A stretch of DNA of 64,000 nt. It comes from an uncultured Verrucomicrobiae bacterium. GTDB taxonomy: Bacteria; Verrucomicrobiota; Verrucomicrobiia; Palsa-1439. The stretch is from the NCBI GenBank assembly GCA_963812605.1, contig CAWEWF010000014.1, forward strand, positions 576,001 to 640,000, written 5' to 3'. Below the pieces are notes generated by a model. It was not told the DNA's origin. It worked only from the letters and a program-made list of their open reading frames with translations, and did not search any database. Position 1 is the stretch's first letter, and each line of letters begins with the position of its first letter. A program made the translations under genes and the position numbers. Below are positions 49,043-58,366 of the stretch, piece after piece.

Positions 49043-49071
49043 TTGACATGCGACGTCTGGACGTCTAACAT
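49043..49071 (+). promoter_or_regulatory. MTase promoter with a palindromic GACGTC-TG-GACGTC spacer
   Basis: TTGACA-17 nt-TAACAT, ending 7 nt before ATG 49079. Confidence 0.65.
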
Positions 49072-49078
49072 GCATGCC

Positions 49079-50236
49079 ATGAGCGAGACCGAAACAAGGT
49101 ATGCACCGGGGCGGGTCCGCGATGCCATTCTTCAAGTATTATCACTTAGCTCAAAACCTCTTTCGATCAAACAGATCCAAGAACGCGTGTCTCAGGTCAT
49201 TGGGCCGACGCCTACGTCGTCCGTCCGTTCCTATCTCCGTCTGAATACTCCGAAGAGTTTCGTGAGACAGGATTGGGGCGTTTATAGCGTGCGCCGCGGA
49301 GGAACACTTGGAGTTCAACGAAGTCTGTCGCACAAAGAAGCCTGGCAACCCCCTTTGCACATCGGAAGCGCTCAACTAGTTCACGCCGACTGTTTTGATT
49401 GGCTGGAGCAACAAGCGGATAAAAGTTTTCAAGCTGTCCTCACAGATCCCCCCTATGGACTGCATGAATACACCGCCGAGCAGCAATCAAAACTTCGGAG
49501 TGGGAAAGGAGGGGTCTGGCGAATTCCGCCATCGTTTGATGGTCACATGAGATCTCCGTTGCCCCGTTTCACGACTCTGACAGCGCAACAGCTTGAAGAA
49601 TTGCGGAGCTTTTTCTTTGTATGGACACGCCTGCTACTGCCGAAACTGGTGCCGGGCGCGCATGTCGTTGTCGCCTCCAATCCGCTTCTGTCCTACATCG
49701 TGGCTGGAGCATTGGCGGATGCGGGCCTTGAACGCCGCGGTGAGATTATCAGACTGGTCATGACCATGCGCGGTGGGGACCGCCCCAAAGCTGCGCATGA
49801 GGAGTTTCGTGATGTGAGCGTGATGCCGCGTTCCATGTGGGAACCGTGGCTGGTATACCGAAAACCGCTGGAAGGCCGGGCCCAGGACAACTTGAGGAAA
49901 TGGAAAACAGGCGGACTTCGGCGTCCGGCTTCTGATAAGCCGTTCGGCGATGTCATTCCTTCATCGCCGACGCGAAAGAATGAGCGCTTGCTGGCCCCTC
50001 ATCCCAGCCTCAAGCCACAGGCATTCCTCCGTCAAATTGTCCGTGCACTCCTGCCTTTGGGAGAGGGGACCGTGTTGGATCCCTTTGCGGGCGCGGGATC
50101 CACCTTGGCAGCGGCCGAGGCGATTGGCTACGCCAGTATTGGGATTGAAAAGGACAGGCACTATTTCGACATCGCGGGCCGAGCCATACCGAAGCTCGCG
50201 CGGTTTCATCCTAACGGAAGTCTTTCGAGCCGGTAG
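49079..50236 (+). CDS. Beta-class N4-C/N6-A DNA methyltransferase with an N-terminal wHTH-like domain
   Basis: TDPPY precedes HPSLKP and LDPFAGAGST; N-terminal VRDAILQVL..LSIKQIQERV..SSVRSYL. Confidence 0.92.
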   Translation: MSETETRYAPGRVRDAILQVLSLSSKPLSIKQIQERVSQVIGPTPTSSVRSYLRLNTPKSFVRQDWGVYSVRRGGTLGVQRSLSHKEAWQPPLHIGSAQLVHADCFDWLEQQADKSFQAVLTDPPYGLHEYTAEQQSKLRSGKGGVWRIPPSFDGHMRSPLPRFTTLTAQQLEELRSFFFVWTRLLLPKLVPGAHVVVASNPLLSYIVAGALADAGLERRGEIIRLVMTMRGGDRPKAAHEEFRDVSVMPRSMWEPWLVYRKPLEGRAQDNLRKWKTGGLRRPASDKPFGDVIPSSPTRKNERLLAPHPSLKPQAFLRQIVRALLPLGEGTVLDPFAGAGSTLAAAEAIGYASIGIEKDRHYFDIAGRAIPKLARFHPNGSLSSR

Positions 50237-50835
50237 ATCCAGTTTTCCCGGAGCTTCTTGATGCCTTCGCGATGCAGTGTGGCAGTCCGCGTGCCCAATT
50301 CCCCTCGCGCATTCTTCCGAAAATCCTTGATCGTAACCTTACCCAAATAAATCTCGGTAAATGTCATGGGGTGGCGATCACGGGCTGGTTCTGTTTCCGA
50401 GTCGGTATCGTAAACAAAAACACACATCCATTGCTCTCGGGCGCCATGGGTATCAACCGCGCCCCCGGATTTTCGCGTCGTCTTGATCTCAATGCCGTCG
50501 GCGCCAGCCTTGACTGCATTGCCGGCATAGACTCCTTGCACAATGAGGTCGGGATGGCCATTGAAGTACTCATTCTCGACCAGTACGCGAGAATGCTTCG
50601 CCAGGCTCGCGGTGAGCATGTCTGATAGCACACCGGACATGATTGCGGGGCGCAACATATCGTCCAGTCGCTGCAGTCCTTTCCTGGCCAGATGCGCGTT
50701 TACGTCATAAAAGAAGTCATAAACATCCTGCACAGCCATTTGAAAATCATGCAACCTCAGTTCGTAGGGGAGCTTTGCCGCTGGGTTGAACTTTGCCTCG
50801 TCCACAACGTTATGAATAGTGGGCATGATCGCCAT
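50206..50835 (-). CDS. Putative PD-(D/E)xK restriction endonuclease, convergent with the MTase
   Basis: GHPDL...GIEIKT motif; 3' ends overlap by 31 bp. Confidence 0.7.
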   Translation of the reverse strand: MAIMPTIHNVVDEAKFNPAAKLPYELRLHDFQMAVQDVYDFFYDVNAHLARKGLQRLDDMLRPAIMSGVLSDMLTASLAKHSRVLVENEYFNGHPDLIVQGVYAGNAVKAGADGIEIKTTRKSGGAVDTHGAREQWMCVFVYDTDSETEPARDRHPMTFTEIYLGKVTIKDFRKNARGELGTRTATLHREGIKKLRENWIYRLERLPLG

Positions 50836-51049
50836 TCATAGCCTTCCGCGAGACGGAATTTCAAGTATTCCTTCGCCCCAGGTAATGTCCAGAGGCGTCG
50901 TCGAGACGGCCGGCCAAGTGGGTCGGCAAAAAATTCCCGTAAATAACGGTTGATTCTTGGGGCGGAGAACTGAATATTAGCGGGGTTGACCCTAATCGTT
51001 GCTTCAGCGGACGATTCGAAAAAGGAGGCTGTGTGAATCGAGGTACAGT

Positions 51050-52690
51050 ATGAAGGCGCTAAAATTCTGTTTTGGGGTGCTGCTTTTTGGGACACTCATT
51101 GCGGTCGTTCAGTTGGCCGACCCGCCCCAGGATACTCCCGCCGCAAAATTCCAACGACTACCGGACATCAGCTTGGTGAACACCGCGCAAGCCGAATGGG
51201 CCGCCGGACGAAGCGGAGTCGCGTTGCTGTTGCTCGATTACGTCATCGAGAATGATCTGCCGGACAAAAAGCAGGCCACTGAGCTTCGCCAAAAAGTCTT
51301 TACGCAATTAGCGGCGGAAAATACGCCGGTGAGCCGGCTCAAGGCCACCGGCTGGGCGGCAACGCTGGTGGGCGGAAACTCATTCGAGAGCCTGGCTGGC
51401 AGCACTGTAGCCGACGCTGTTTTGTATGGGGACATCGCCCAGGTCGCCCGCGATGGCGGGTTCGAGGGTTACCAAGATGCCTTTACCGGTTCGCTCAATA
51501 ACATCCTCGGCATGGCAAATGTATTTCCACCCGCCGCCGGCACGATCACGCTGGTCAAAGCCGCGCGCCGCACGGGCGCCATCAATGAGGCGCTTACACA
51601 ACAATTGAGCTCGCTCGTGGAACTCATGCAGGCCGACCCGAAATCGGCGCTGGCGGTGGAAAAATTCAAAGATAATTTCATGCCAATGTTCGAATTGGCC
51701 AGGCACTGTCGCACGTGGGGAGAATTCGAAACGATTCTGCGGCAGGCCGACAGCGCCGACCAGGTGAAGGTGCTGACCAAAATGGCTTCCGGCGCCCCGG
51801 CCGCCTCGAAACGGCTGGCCCAGGTCCTGGCGGTTGCCGCTCGTAACGGCCGGCAGACCGCGTCCGCCTGTATCGATCTGATCATGCGCCAGGGACCCAG
51901 GGGGTTGGATACGTTGTACGCCGCCATCGGCAAAGGAGCGGCGGGACTACAGTTCGTAGCGGCGCACCCCGAATTGACGCCTCGTAGTTTGGGCCCGGTG
52001 GGGAAAGCGCATCCATCGATGTTGGATTCAATGCAGGAAAAATACCAGTCGCTCCGTTACCAGTACGGGTCGATTGTGCCATTCTTGAAATATCTCTTGA
52101 TCGCGATTCTCTGTGGTCTGCTGGTTCTCATGGTCGTGCCCGGTCAATATCTGGAGAAGCTGATTGCCAGGCCGGGGAGTACGCTCGCCGCGCCCAGCCC
52201 AATTCATTTCTTGCTCTCAGCCTTGGCCGTGGGAGTGGTCGTGGCCGTGCTGGCGTATTTGCTGTCGCTCGCAGTGCGTCCTGCCGTGGAGCAAGCGGCG
52301 GTCGCGGCGGTCGCCGGTGACACGAGCGCACCCGCTGTCGGCGAAAGAACTGACAGTGCCTTCCTGTCGGGAACAGTAGTACTGATCTCCCTGGCGATTC
52401 ACGTAATCGTCTGGTTCTTTGTGAGAGGCAAGATCCGGCAGGTCGAAGACGACGAGCGGGCGACGCCCTTGCTGCGCTTGAAGCGCCTGGACAACCTCGA
52501 TGTCTTCCTGGATCTACCGTTGTTTACCGGACTGGCGTTGACAGTCTTCGCCTTCATCCTGATTACGCTGGATGCAGGTATGAGCCGGCATTTCGCCTAC
52601 ACCTCCACCGTGGTCGGCATCCTCTCGGCGGTGTCGCTGCGGATCTGGTATCAGTATCCGCTGAAGGAGCGTCTCATCCAAATGGAGTAG
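51050..52690 (+). CDS. Membrane protein: large N-terminal helical domain + five TMs ending in a MotA/TolQ/ExbB-like helix pair
   Basis: LDLPLFTGLALTVFAF and FAYTSTVVGILSAV resemble the PxxGLxGTV and ALxTTAxGL motifs. Confidence 0.65.
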   Translation: MKALKFCFGVLLFGTLIAVVQLADPPQDTPAAKFQRLPDISLVNTAQAEWAAGRSGVALLLLDYVIENDLPDKKQATELRQKVFTQLAAENTPVSRLKATGWAATLVGGNSFESLAGSTVADAVLYGDIAQVARDGGFEGYQDAFTGSLNNILGMANVFPPAAGTITLVKAARRTGAINEALTQQLSSLVELMQADPKSALAVEKFKDNFMPMFELARHCRTWGEFETILRQADSADQVKVLTKMASGAPAASKRLAQVLAVAARNGRQTASACIDLIMRQGPRGLDTLYAAIGKGAAGLQFVAAHPELTPRSLGPVGKAHPSMLDSMQEKYQSLRYQYGSIVPFLKYLLIAILCGLLVLMVVPGQYLEKLIARPGSTLAAPSPIHFLLSALAVGVVVAVLAYLLSLAVRPAVEQAAVAAVAGDTSAPAVGERTDSAFLSGTVVLISLAIHVIVWFFVRGKIRQVEDDERATPLLRLKRLDNLDVFLDLPLFTGLALTVFAFILITLDAGMSRHFAYTSTVVGILSAVSLRIWYQYPLKERLIQME

Positions 52691-52703
52691 CGGACGGAAT
52701 ATC

Positions 52704-54413
52704 ATGAAGACGTCCATCCTGATCGTCATGCTGGATTTTCTGGTGTGCTCCCTGTTGCTCTTCGTGATCGGCACAGGCGGCAAGCAGACGCAGTTCGCCA
52801 CTTCCGCCCCGCCCGCGGTCCATGAAGAGTTTTCAGCCGCCGCGATGCAGGCGCAGCAGGAAGAATGGAACCGTGACTACGAGCAGCAAGGGCTCCTGGC
52901 CCAACTCAACACAACCACCACGGAAAACGAACAACTTCGCGGTCGCCTGAGTGAGACCAGCGCCACCCTCGCCGCCCGGGAAGCCAACCTCAAGGCGCTG
53001 GCAGAAGAGAAAGCACGCGTCGAACAGGCACAGACACAAACCGAGCAGGCGCTGACCACAGTGGCGAGCCAACTCGCCCGCGCCACTGCCGAGCAAACCA
53101 AACTCCAGCAGGAAGGCAATGTGGCCAAGGAGAGTCTCGCCAAGGTCCAGACGGAATTGGCCGGTTTGCAGACCCAGCAGGCCACGCTCCAAACGGAAAA
53201 AACACAACTTGAGCAGCACGCCCAACAGTTGGGCCAGACGGTGGCCAGCCAGCAGGCAACCATTTCCACGTTGAGCGAAGAAGTCCGCGCCTCACAAACC
53301 CGGGTCGAAGCGCAGATGGGCGACGTCGTCAAAGAGCAGCAGGAAATGAGTTCGACATTGGGACGACTGGACGAGTTCGCGCGCACGCTGCCCGCGACCA
53401 TCCAAACGAATGTCACCGGCGTTCACGACGAACAGCAGGCGATGCAACAAAACGTTGCGGCGCTGGCGGAGGACGTCAAGAGCCTGCAAGAGGGCCTCAA
53501 TGCGGATGAGAAGGCGCGCCTCATGCAGGCCGTTTCCGATGTCGCCAAAGGGCAACAGGAACTCCAGTCGCGTCTGGATACACTGATCAAGGCCGGGCAG
53601 AACGATCAGATCGGGCAAAGCCTGAATACGATTGAGTCCGGTCAGGAAGCGTTGCGCCAGCAGACGGCCAAGCTGGGCGATCAAATCGAGTCCATCAAGG
53701 CCCGCGGCCCGGGCCCATTCAAGGCCGTCAAAGGCGCGCGGCTGGAATTATTGGTCGCAATTGGCAAGCGCGATTCTGCGGAGTCTCCGACCTCCCGTTT
53801 CAAATCGGCGGCTTACCCGCCGGTCGTCAATGTGGGCGGACGCTCGTTCATCGTCGCTAACGATCAGACGTTCGGATTTCGCTGGTGGGCCCTGAGCGAT
53901 ATTGGTGAAATCACCCAACTAAAATATACCGTCGATAAAGCCGGTGACACGCCGTGGACCGGCACGCTATCGGCCCCCGCCTGCGCGTTGCGCGCTGATC
54001 CGCACGTGGTGGCTGCCGAACTAAGCGGCGCGGTACCCGGCTTGAGCACCATGGAATTGGCGGGTCCCGAGGCAGTCCTGCAAACCGATCAGCGCAAGCT
54101 ACAAGTCTTCAAGAGCACCGCCACGGGACTGAGCTTTGAAGTCGATACCTCTCCTGACCTGGCCGATCCGCGTTATCTGGTGGTCAAACGTCCGCTCCGC
54201 GGCGTTGCTTCCTGGTTCGAGAACCCCGCCTACCGCGCCGATACCGGCGACTACGTGGTGACCAGCGATGGGAAGCTGGTCGGCATTATGGTCGGACGGG
54301 AAAGGTGCTTCATCCTCACCAAGGACAATCTGCTGAATTGCGCCGCAACTGTTCCCCTGGCTGACGCGCGTCTCTTCCAGCCCGCCGTGGAGACCTTCCG
54401 CAAGCTCAAGTAG
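52704..54413 (+). CDS. Single-TM protein with intramembrane Asp, long coiled coil and degenerate trypsin-like C-terminal domain
   Basis: ILIVMLDFLVCSLLLF; about 290-aa Q/E/A-rich heptad region; ADTGDYVVTSDGKLVGIM. Confidence 0.65.
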   Translation: MKTSILIVMLDFLVCSLLLFVIGTGGKQTQFATSAPPAVHEEFSAAAMQAQQEEWNRDYEQQGLLAQLNTTTTENEQLRGRLSETSATLAAREANLKALAEEKARVEQAQTQTEQALTTVASQLARATAEQTKLQQEGNVAKESLAKVQTELAGLQTQQATLQTEKTQLEQHAQQLGQTVASQQATISTLSEEVRASQTRVEAQMGDVVKEQQEMSSTLGRLDEFARTLPATIQTNVTGVHDEQQAMQQNVAALAEDVKSLQEGLNADEKARLMQAVSDVAKGQQELQSRLDTLIKAGQNDQIGQSLNTIESGQEALRQQTAKLGDQIESIKARGPGPFKAVKGARLELLVAIGKRDSAESPTSRFKSAAYPPVVNVGGRSFIVANDQTFGFRWWALSDIGEITQLKYTVDKAGDTPWTGTLSAPACALRADPHVVAAELSGAVPGLSTMELAGPEAVLQTDQRKLQVFKSTATGLSFEVDTSPDLADPRYLVVKRPLRGVASWFENPAYRADTGDYVVTSDGKLVGIMVGRERCFILTKDNLLNCAATVPLADARLFQPAVETFRKLK

Positions 54414-54423
54414 CCGGCTACTT

Positions 54424-55416
54424 TTACTTTTTCGCTTGGATGGTTTTCGGGGCAGGGGACGGCGTCGATTTGGCGAATTTCTCTTCGAAGAAACTCATGA
54501 TGCTCAGGCGATGCGCGGGAAGCGCGAGGATTGACGTGTAATGTCCGAGTAAAACGAAGTCCGCGCGCGGTTTGCCCAGGGCGTGCCAGAGCTTGATCTG
54601 ATATCGGGTCGGGACGGAGTGGTCAAAACGCGCGATCAGCATCAGGACATCATCGCGCGCCACGTAGGGCGCCAACTTGACCGGGTCGGTGCGGATGACA
54701 TCCTCCAGGTCTTTATAGACCTGCTTGCTGGTCAAATCATGGCCACGACGAATGCAATCCCAGTCTCGGCGGAGACCGAATTCGCCCGAGGATCGCATTA
54801 CGCCCGCCAGCGGACCGCCGGCAAGGTCGATGACATGAACCTTCACGCGCGGCTCGACGGCGGCCAGCGCCGCATCGATAATCGCGCCATAGCTGATTCC
54901 GAAGCTGGCGATACGGCCTGCGTCCACGCCTGGTTGTTCGAGCAGCCAATCCAGGGCTTGGCGATGGCGGATCACGGCGGCGTGGAGGGTATCTTCCACC
55001 TGCGAGAGCGGGCCGTCAGGATCGAATTTGGAATGGGCGCGCTTGACGATAGCCGCATGATAGCCGCTGCTGGCGAAGACCCTCGCGCAATCATCCACGA
55101 CGATGGTGTCACTGCCGCGGATGGGAGAAATCAAGATGAGGGGGCGCGGCTCCAGCAGTTTTGGGGAGTACCAGATGATTTCAATGGGCTGAGCGGCGCC
55201 GGGTGGCAACAGGGTGACTTCCTGTACGGAATAATCTGCATGCCGTTCCGTGGTGCGGATGCCCACCGTTGGCTCGATAGCCGGATAACGATAATACTGC
55301 TCGATATCCAAGGGCAGCGGCAACGCCGTCCGTGGGGATCCGGAAGTCTGATAGGACGCGCAACCCGTCCCCGCAGCCAGCACGGCCAGCGCTGCAATCG
55401 TACTCGTTCTCTTCAT
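54424..55416 (-). CDS. Alpha/beta-hydrolase lipoprotein
   Basis: Lipobox GTGC, nucleophile elbow GISYG, FDHSVP, GHY. Confidence 0.85.
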   Translation of the reverse strand: MKRTSTIAALAVLAAGTGCASYQTSGSPRTALPLPLDIEQYYRYPAIEPTVGIRTTERHADYSVQEVTLLPPGAAQPIEIIWYSPKLLEPRPLILISPIRGSDTIVVDDCARVFASSGYHAAIVKRAHSKFDPDGPLSQVEDTLHAAVIRHRQALDWLLEQPGVDAGRIASFGISYGAIIDAALAAVEPRVKVHVIDLAGGPLAGVMRSSGEFGLRRDWDCIRRGHDLTSKQVYKDLEDVIRTDPVKLAPYVARDDVLMLIARFDHSVPTRYQIKLWHALGKPRADFVLLGHYTSILALPAHRLSIMSFFEEKFAKSTPSPAPKTIQAKK

Positions 55417-55496
55417 CCCGGATGCTGTAATCTAGCACAGGTTGGGCCAATTCACCGTGGTGCGCTCGTCTCTGCAAGTCGGTGGTAGACACCGCC

Positions 55497-55525
55497 TTGA
55501 CAAGGTTCGGCAATCCTGCTACGTA
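55497..55525 (+). promoter_or_regulatory. nuo operon promoter
   Basis: TTGACA-17 nt-TACGTA upstream of nuoA. Confidence 0.55.
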
Positions 55526-55582
55526 GATTGTGAAATTTGGAACAAGCGTTGGAGGGTTGGAAGCATTTTGACCGGTTACGTG

Positions 55583-55951
55583 ATGGATTCATACACAAAC
55601 CAATACCTGTTTATCATCGTGTTTTTCGCGGTCGCCGTGGGTTTTCCGCTGGCCCCGCTCATTATCGCGCGCCTGGTCGCGCCGCGCCGTCCCACGCCGT
55701 CAAAAAATGAGATCTATGAGTGCGGTTTGGTCTCCAAGGGCGATGCGTGGGTGCAGTTCCGGGTCGGTTACTACATCTACGCGCTAATGTATGTCATTTT
55801 TGCGGTCGAAACAGTGTTCCTGTACCCGTGGGCCGTCGCGTTTGGCGGGCTGAGCTTCGGAGCGTTCCTTGCCATGATGATTTTCGTATTGTTGCTCGTG
55901 GAAGGGCTCGTCTACGCGTGGGCCAAGGGCGCCCTGGATTGGAAGTCGTAG
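55583..55951 (+). CDS. nuoA: NADH-quinone oxidoreductase subunit A
   Basis: YECG, YYIYALMYVIFAVETVFLYPWA, KGALDW. Confidence 0.95.
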   Translation: MDSYTNQYLFIIVFFAVAVGFPLAPLIIARLVAPRRPTPSKNEIYECGLVSKGDAWVQFRVGYYIYALMYVIFAVETVFLYPWAVAFGGLSFGAFLAMMIFVLLLVEGLVYAWAKGALDWKS

Positions 55952-55960
55952 GATTTTGCC

Positions 55961-56606
55961 ATGGCAATTGACGAAGGACTAAAAAGCGAGCTTCAGAAAC
56001 AGGGGATTTTCGTTCTCCCGTTCGAACAGCTTTATAATTGGGGCCGCAAATCCTCGATTTGGCCGCTGCAATTTGGCCTGGCGTGTTGCGCCATCGAGAT
56101 GATCGCCAGCGCCGCTTCGCGATATGATTTGGCCAGGTTCGGCGCCGAAGTTTTCCGCGCGACGCCGCGGCAGGCCGACTTGATGATCGTCGCGGGCACG
56201 GTCACCAAAAAAATGGCGCCGCAGGTTGTCCGCCTCTACAACCAGATGCCGGAACCGAAATACTGCATCGCCATGGGCGCGTGCGCGATCTCCGGCGGAC
56301 CGTTCAAAGACGGCTACAACGTCTTGAAGGGGATCGACCGGTATATTCCCGTGGACGTGCACATTCCCGGTCTGTCCACCACGCCCGGAGGCGTTGATCC
56401 ACGCGATCATGACCTTGCAGCGCAAGATCGCGGACCAGCATCTTGAGAAGGACCAGCGACCACGGTGGTACGACAAGCACGCCGCCGCCGAGTACCCGAT
56501 CCCGGCATTCGGCGAACATGATTTGCAACCGCCGGCCAATCGCGAAGTCTGGCAACCGCCGCGCGATTACCGCGACGTGACGTTGGAGGACGTGAAGAAG
56601 GGCTAA
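55961..56606 (+). CDS. nuoB: NADH-quinone oxidoreductase subunit B (1-bp frameshift near 56371)
   Basis: [19 protein letters not shown]; removing one base restores [10 protein letters not shown]. Confidence 0.94.
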
Positions 56607-57203
56607 ATGGAAGCGATCGAAAAAATCAAAGAGATCGCCACGCAAGCCGTGCCAGCCGCGAAGATGGAAATCATTAACTCCACACCGGCGGCTCAGCAAC
56701 CCGCGTTGCTCGTGGATCGCGAGCACATTTACGCGGTGGCGAAATTTCTCAAAGAAGACCCACGCTTTCAAATGGATTTCTGTTCGTGCGTCACCGCCGT
56801 CGATTACCCAACCAAGGCCGACAAGCCCGGCGAGATTGAGGTCGTCTATCATTTGTACTCGGTCGCGCAGAAGCAGGGGCCCATCGTGCTCAAGGTGCGC
56901 GCGCCGCGCGAACTTGGCCAATGCCGCGTGCCGTCCCTGACGCCATTGTGGCGCGCGTGCGAATTCCAGGAACGCGAGGCCTACGATCTGTATGGTGTGA
57001 AGTTCGACGGACATCCTGATCTGCGGCGCATTCTGATGTGGGACGAGTTCACGGATTTCCCGATGCGCAAGGATTACGTGCCCCCGGCCGATTACGAGTG
57101 GGAACCGACCCCGCACGATGACACGCTGCAACGGGCCGTTCAAGAGGGCGGAATCATGCCGCCAACCGCGGTGGAAGAACTGGAGAGGGCGAAGAAGAAA
57201 TGA
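56607..57203 (+). CDS. nuoC: NADH-quinone oxidoreductase subunit C
   Basis: [34 protein letters not shown]. Confidence 0.95.
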   Translation: MEAIEKIKEIATQAVPAAKMEIINSTPAAQQPALLVDREHIYAVAKFLKEDPRFQMDFCSCVTAVDYPTKADKPGEIEVVYHLYSVAQKQGPIVLKVRAPRELGQCRVPSLTPLWRACEFQEREAYDLYGVKFDGHPDLRRILMWDEFTDFPMRKDYVPPADYEWEPTPHDDTLQRAVQEGGIMPPTAVEELERAKKK

Positions 57204-58366
57204 TCCAGCCGCTCACAGATGAGAAGCCGTACACGTTGACGCCGGGTTCCGACGGCGTGATCGAGACCCAGACGCTGGAAGTCTCCATCGGGCCGCAACA
57301 CCCGAGCACGCACGGCGTGTTCCGCATGGACTGCGTGCTGGACGGCGAAGCGGTTGTCGCGCTCAAGCCCGTCATGGGCTACCTGCATCGCAATCACGAA
57401 CAACTGGCCGAGCGCATGGCGTGGCTGGGATCGATGCCGTACACCGACCGGCTCGATTATTTCAATTCCATGACCAACAACTGGGCGTACGCGCTGGCCG
57501 TCGAGAAGCTCGCGGGCATCAAGGTCCCCGACCGCGCCGAATATATCCGCGTGATCATGTCCGAACTGACGCGCCTGCTGAATCACTCGTGTGTGATCGG
57601 CTTCATGTTGCAGGACCTCGGCGCCTGGGGCACGCCCTTGCTCTATGCCTTCCGCGAACGCGAGCGGATCCTCGATCTATTCGAAGCCGTCAGCGGCTCG
57701 CGCATGATGTGCAATTACATGCGGTTCGGCGGCGTGCGCGTGAACATGACCGATGAAAACCTGGCGACGGCAAAGGATATTGCCACCCGTTTCCCCAGAT
57801 TCTTGGATGAGTTTGAGAAATTACTCACGAACAATGAGGTACTGCTCGCCCGCACGCAGCGCGTCGGCACTCTGCCGAAGGAATTGGCGATCAACGCCGG
57901 CATCAGCGGCCCGATGGCCCGTGCCAGCGGCGTGGAGTACGATGTTCGCAAGGTGGACAAATACGGCGTGTACGGACGCCTTGATTTTCGCGTGCCGCTG
58001 GGTGAAATCGGCGACGTGTACGACCGTTACTACATTCGCGTGCTGGAGATGCGCGAGAGCATCAAGATTTTGCAGCAGGCGCTACGCGATATTCCACAAG
58101 GCCCGCACATCGCGCCCGAGGTAAAGTTGCGCAATTTCAAGATCCCGCCCGGCGATGGTTACGGCCGGATCGAGGGACCGAAGGGCGAGCTGGGGTTTTA
58201 TCTCGTTTCGGACGAAGGCGGCAAACAGCCGTACCGCTACCATGTGCGCCCGCCGAGCTTCGTCAACCTGACGGTTCTTGAAGACATGTGCATCGGTCAC
58301 AAGGTGGCTGACGTCGTGGTCATTCTGGGCAGTGTGGATATCGTGTTGGGGGAGGTGGATCGCTAA
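57200..58366 (+). CDS. nuoD: NADH-quinone oxidoreductase subunit D
   Basis: [32 protein letters not shown]. Confidence 0.96.
   Translation: MIQPLTDEKPYTLTPGSDGVIETQTLEVSIGPQHPSTHGVFRMDCVLDGEAVVALKPVMGYLHRNHEQLAERMAWLGSMPYTDRLDYFNSMTNNWAYALAVEKLAGIKVPDRAEYIRVIMSELTRLLNHSCVIGFMLQDLGAWGTPLLYAFRERERILDLFEAVSGSRMMCNYMRFGGVRVNMTDENLATAKDIATRFPRFLDEFEKLLTNNEVLLARTQRVGTLPKELAINAGISGPMARASGVEYDVRKVDKYGVYGRLDFRVPLGEIGDVYDRYYIRVLEMRESIKILQQALRDIPQGPHIAPEVKLRNFKIPPGDGYGRIEGPKGELGFYLVSDEGGKQPYRYHVRPPSFVNLTVLEDMCIGHKVADVVVILGSVDIVLGEVDR

Noticed and set aside
51050-54413. Canonical Zorya system
   Set aside because: The B subunit lacks an OmpA-like domain, the A subunit lacks the long C-terminal tail, and there is no zorC/D/E. 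Kept only as an atypical motor-like pair.
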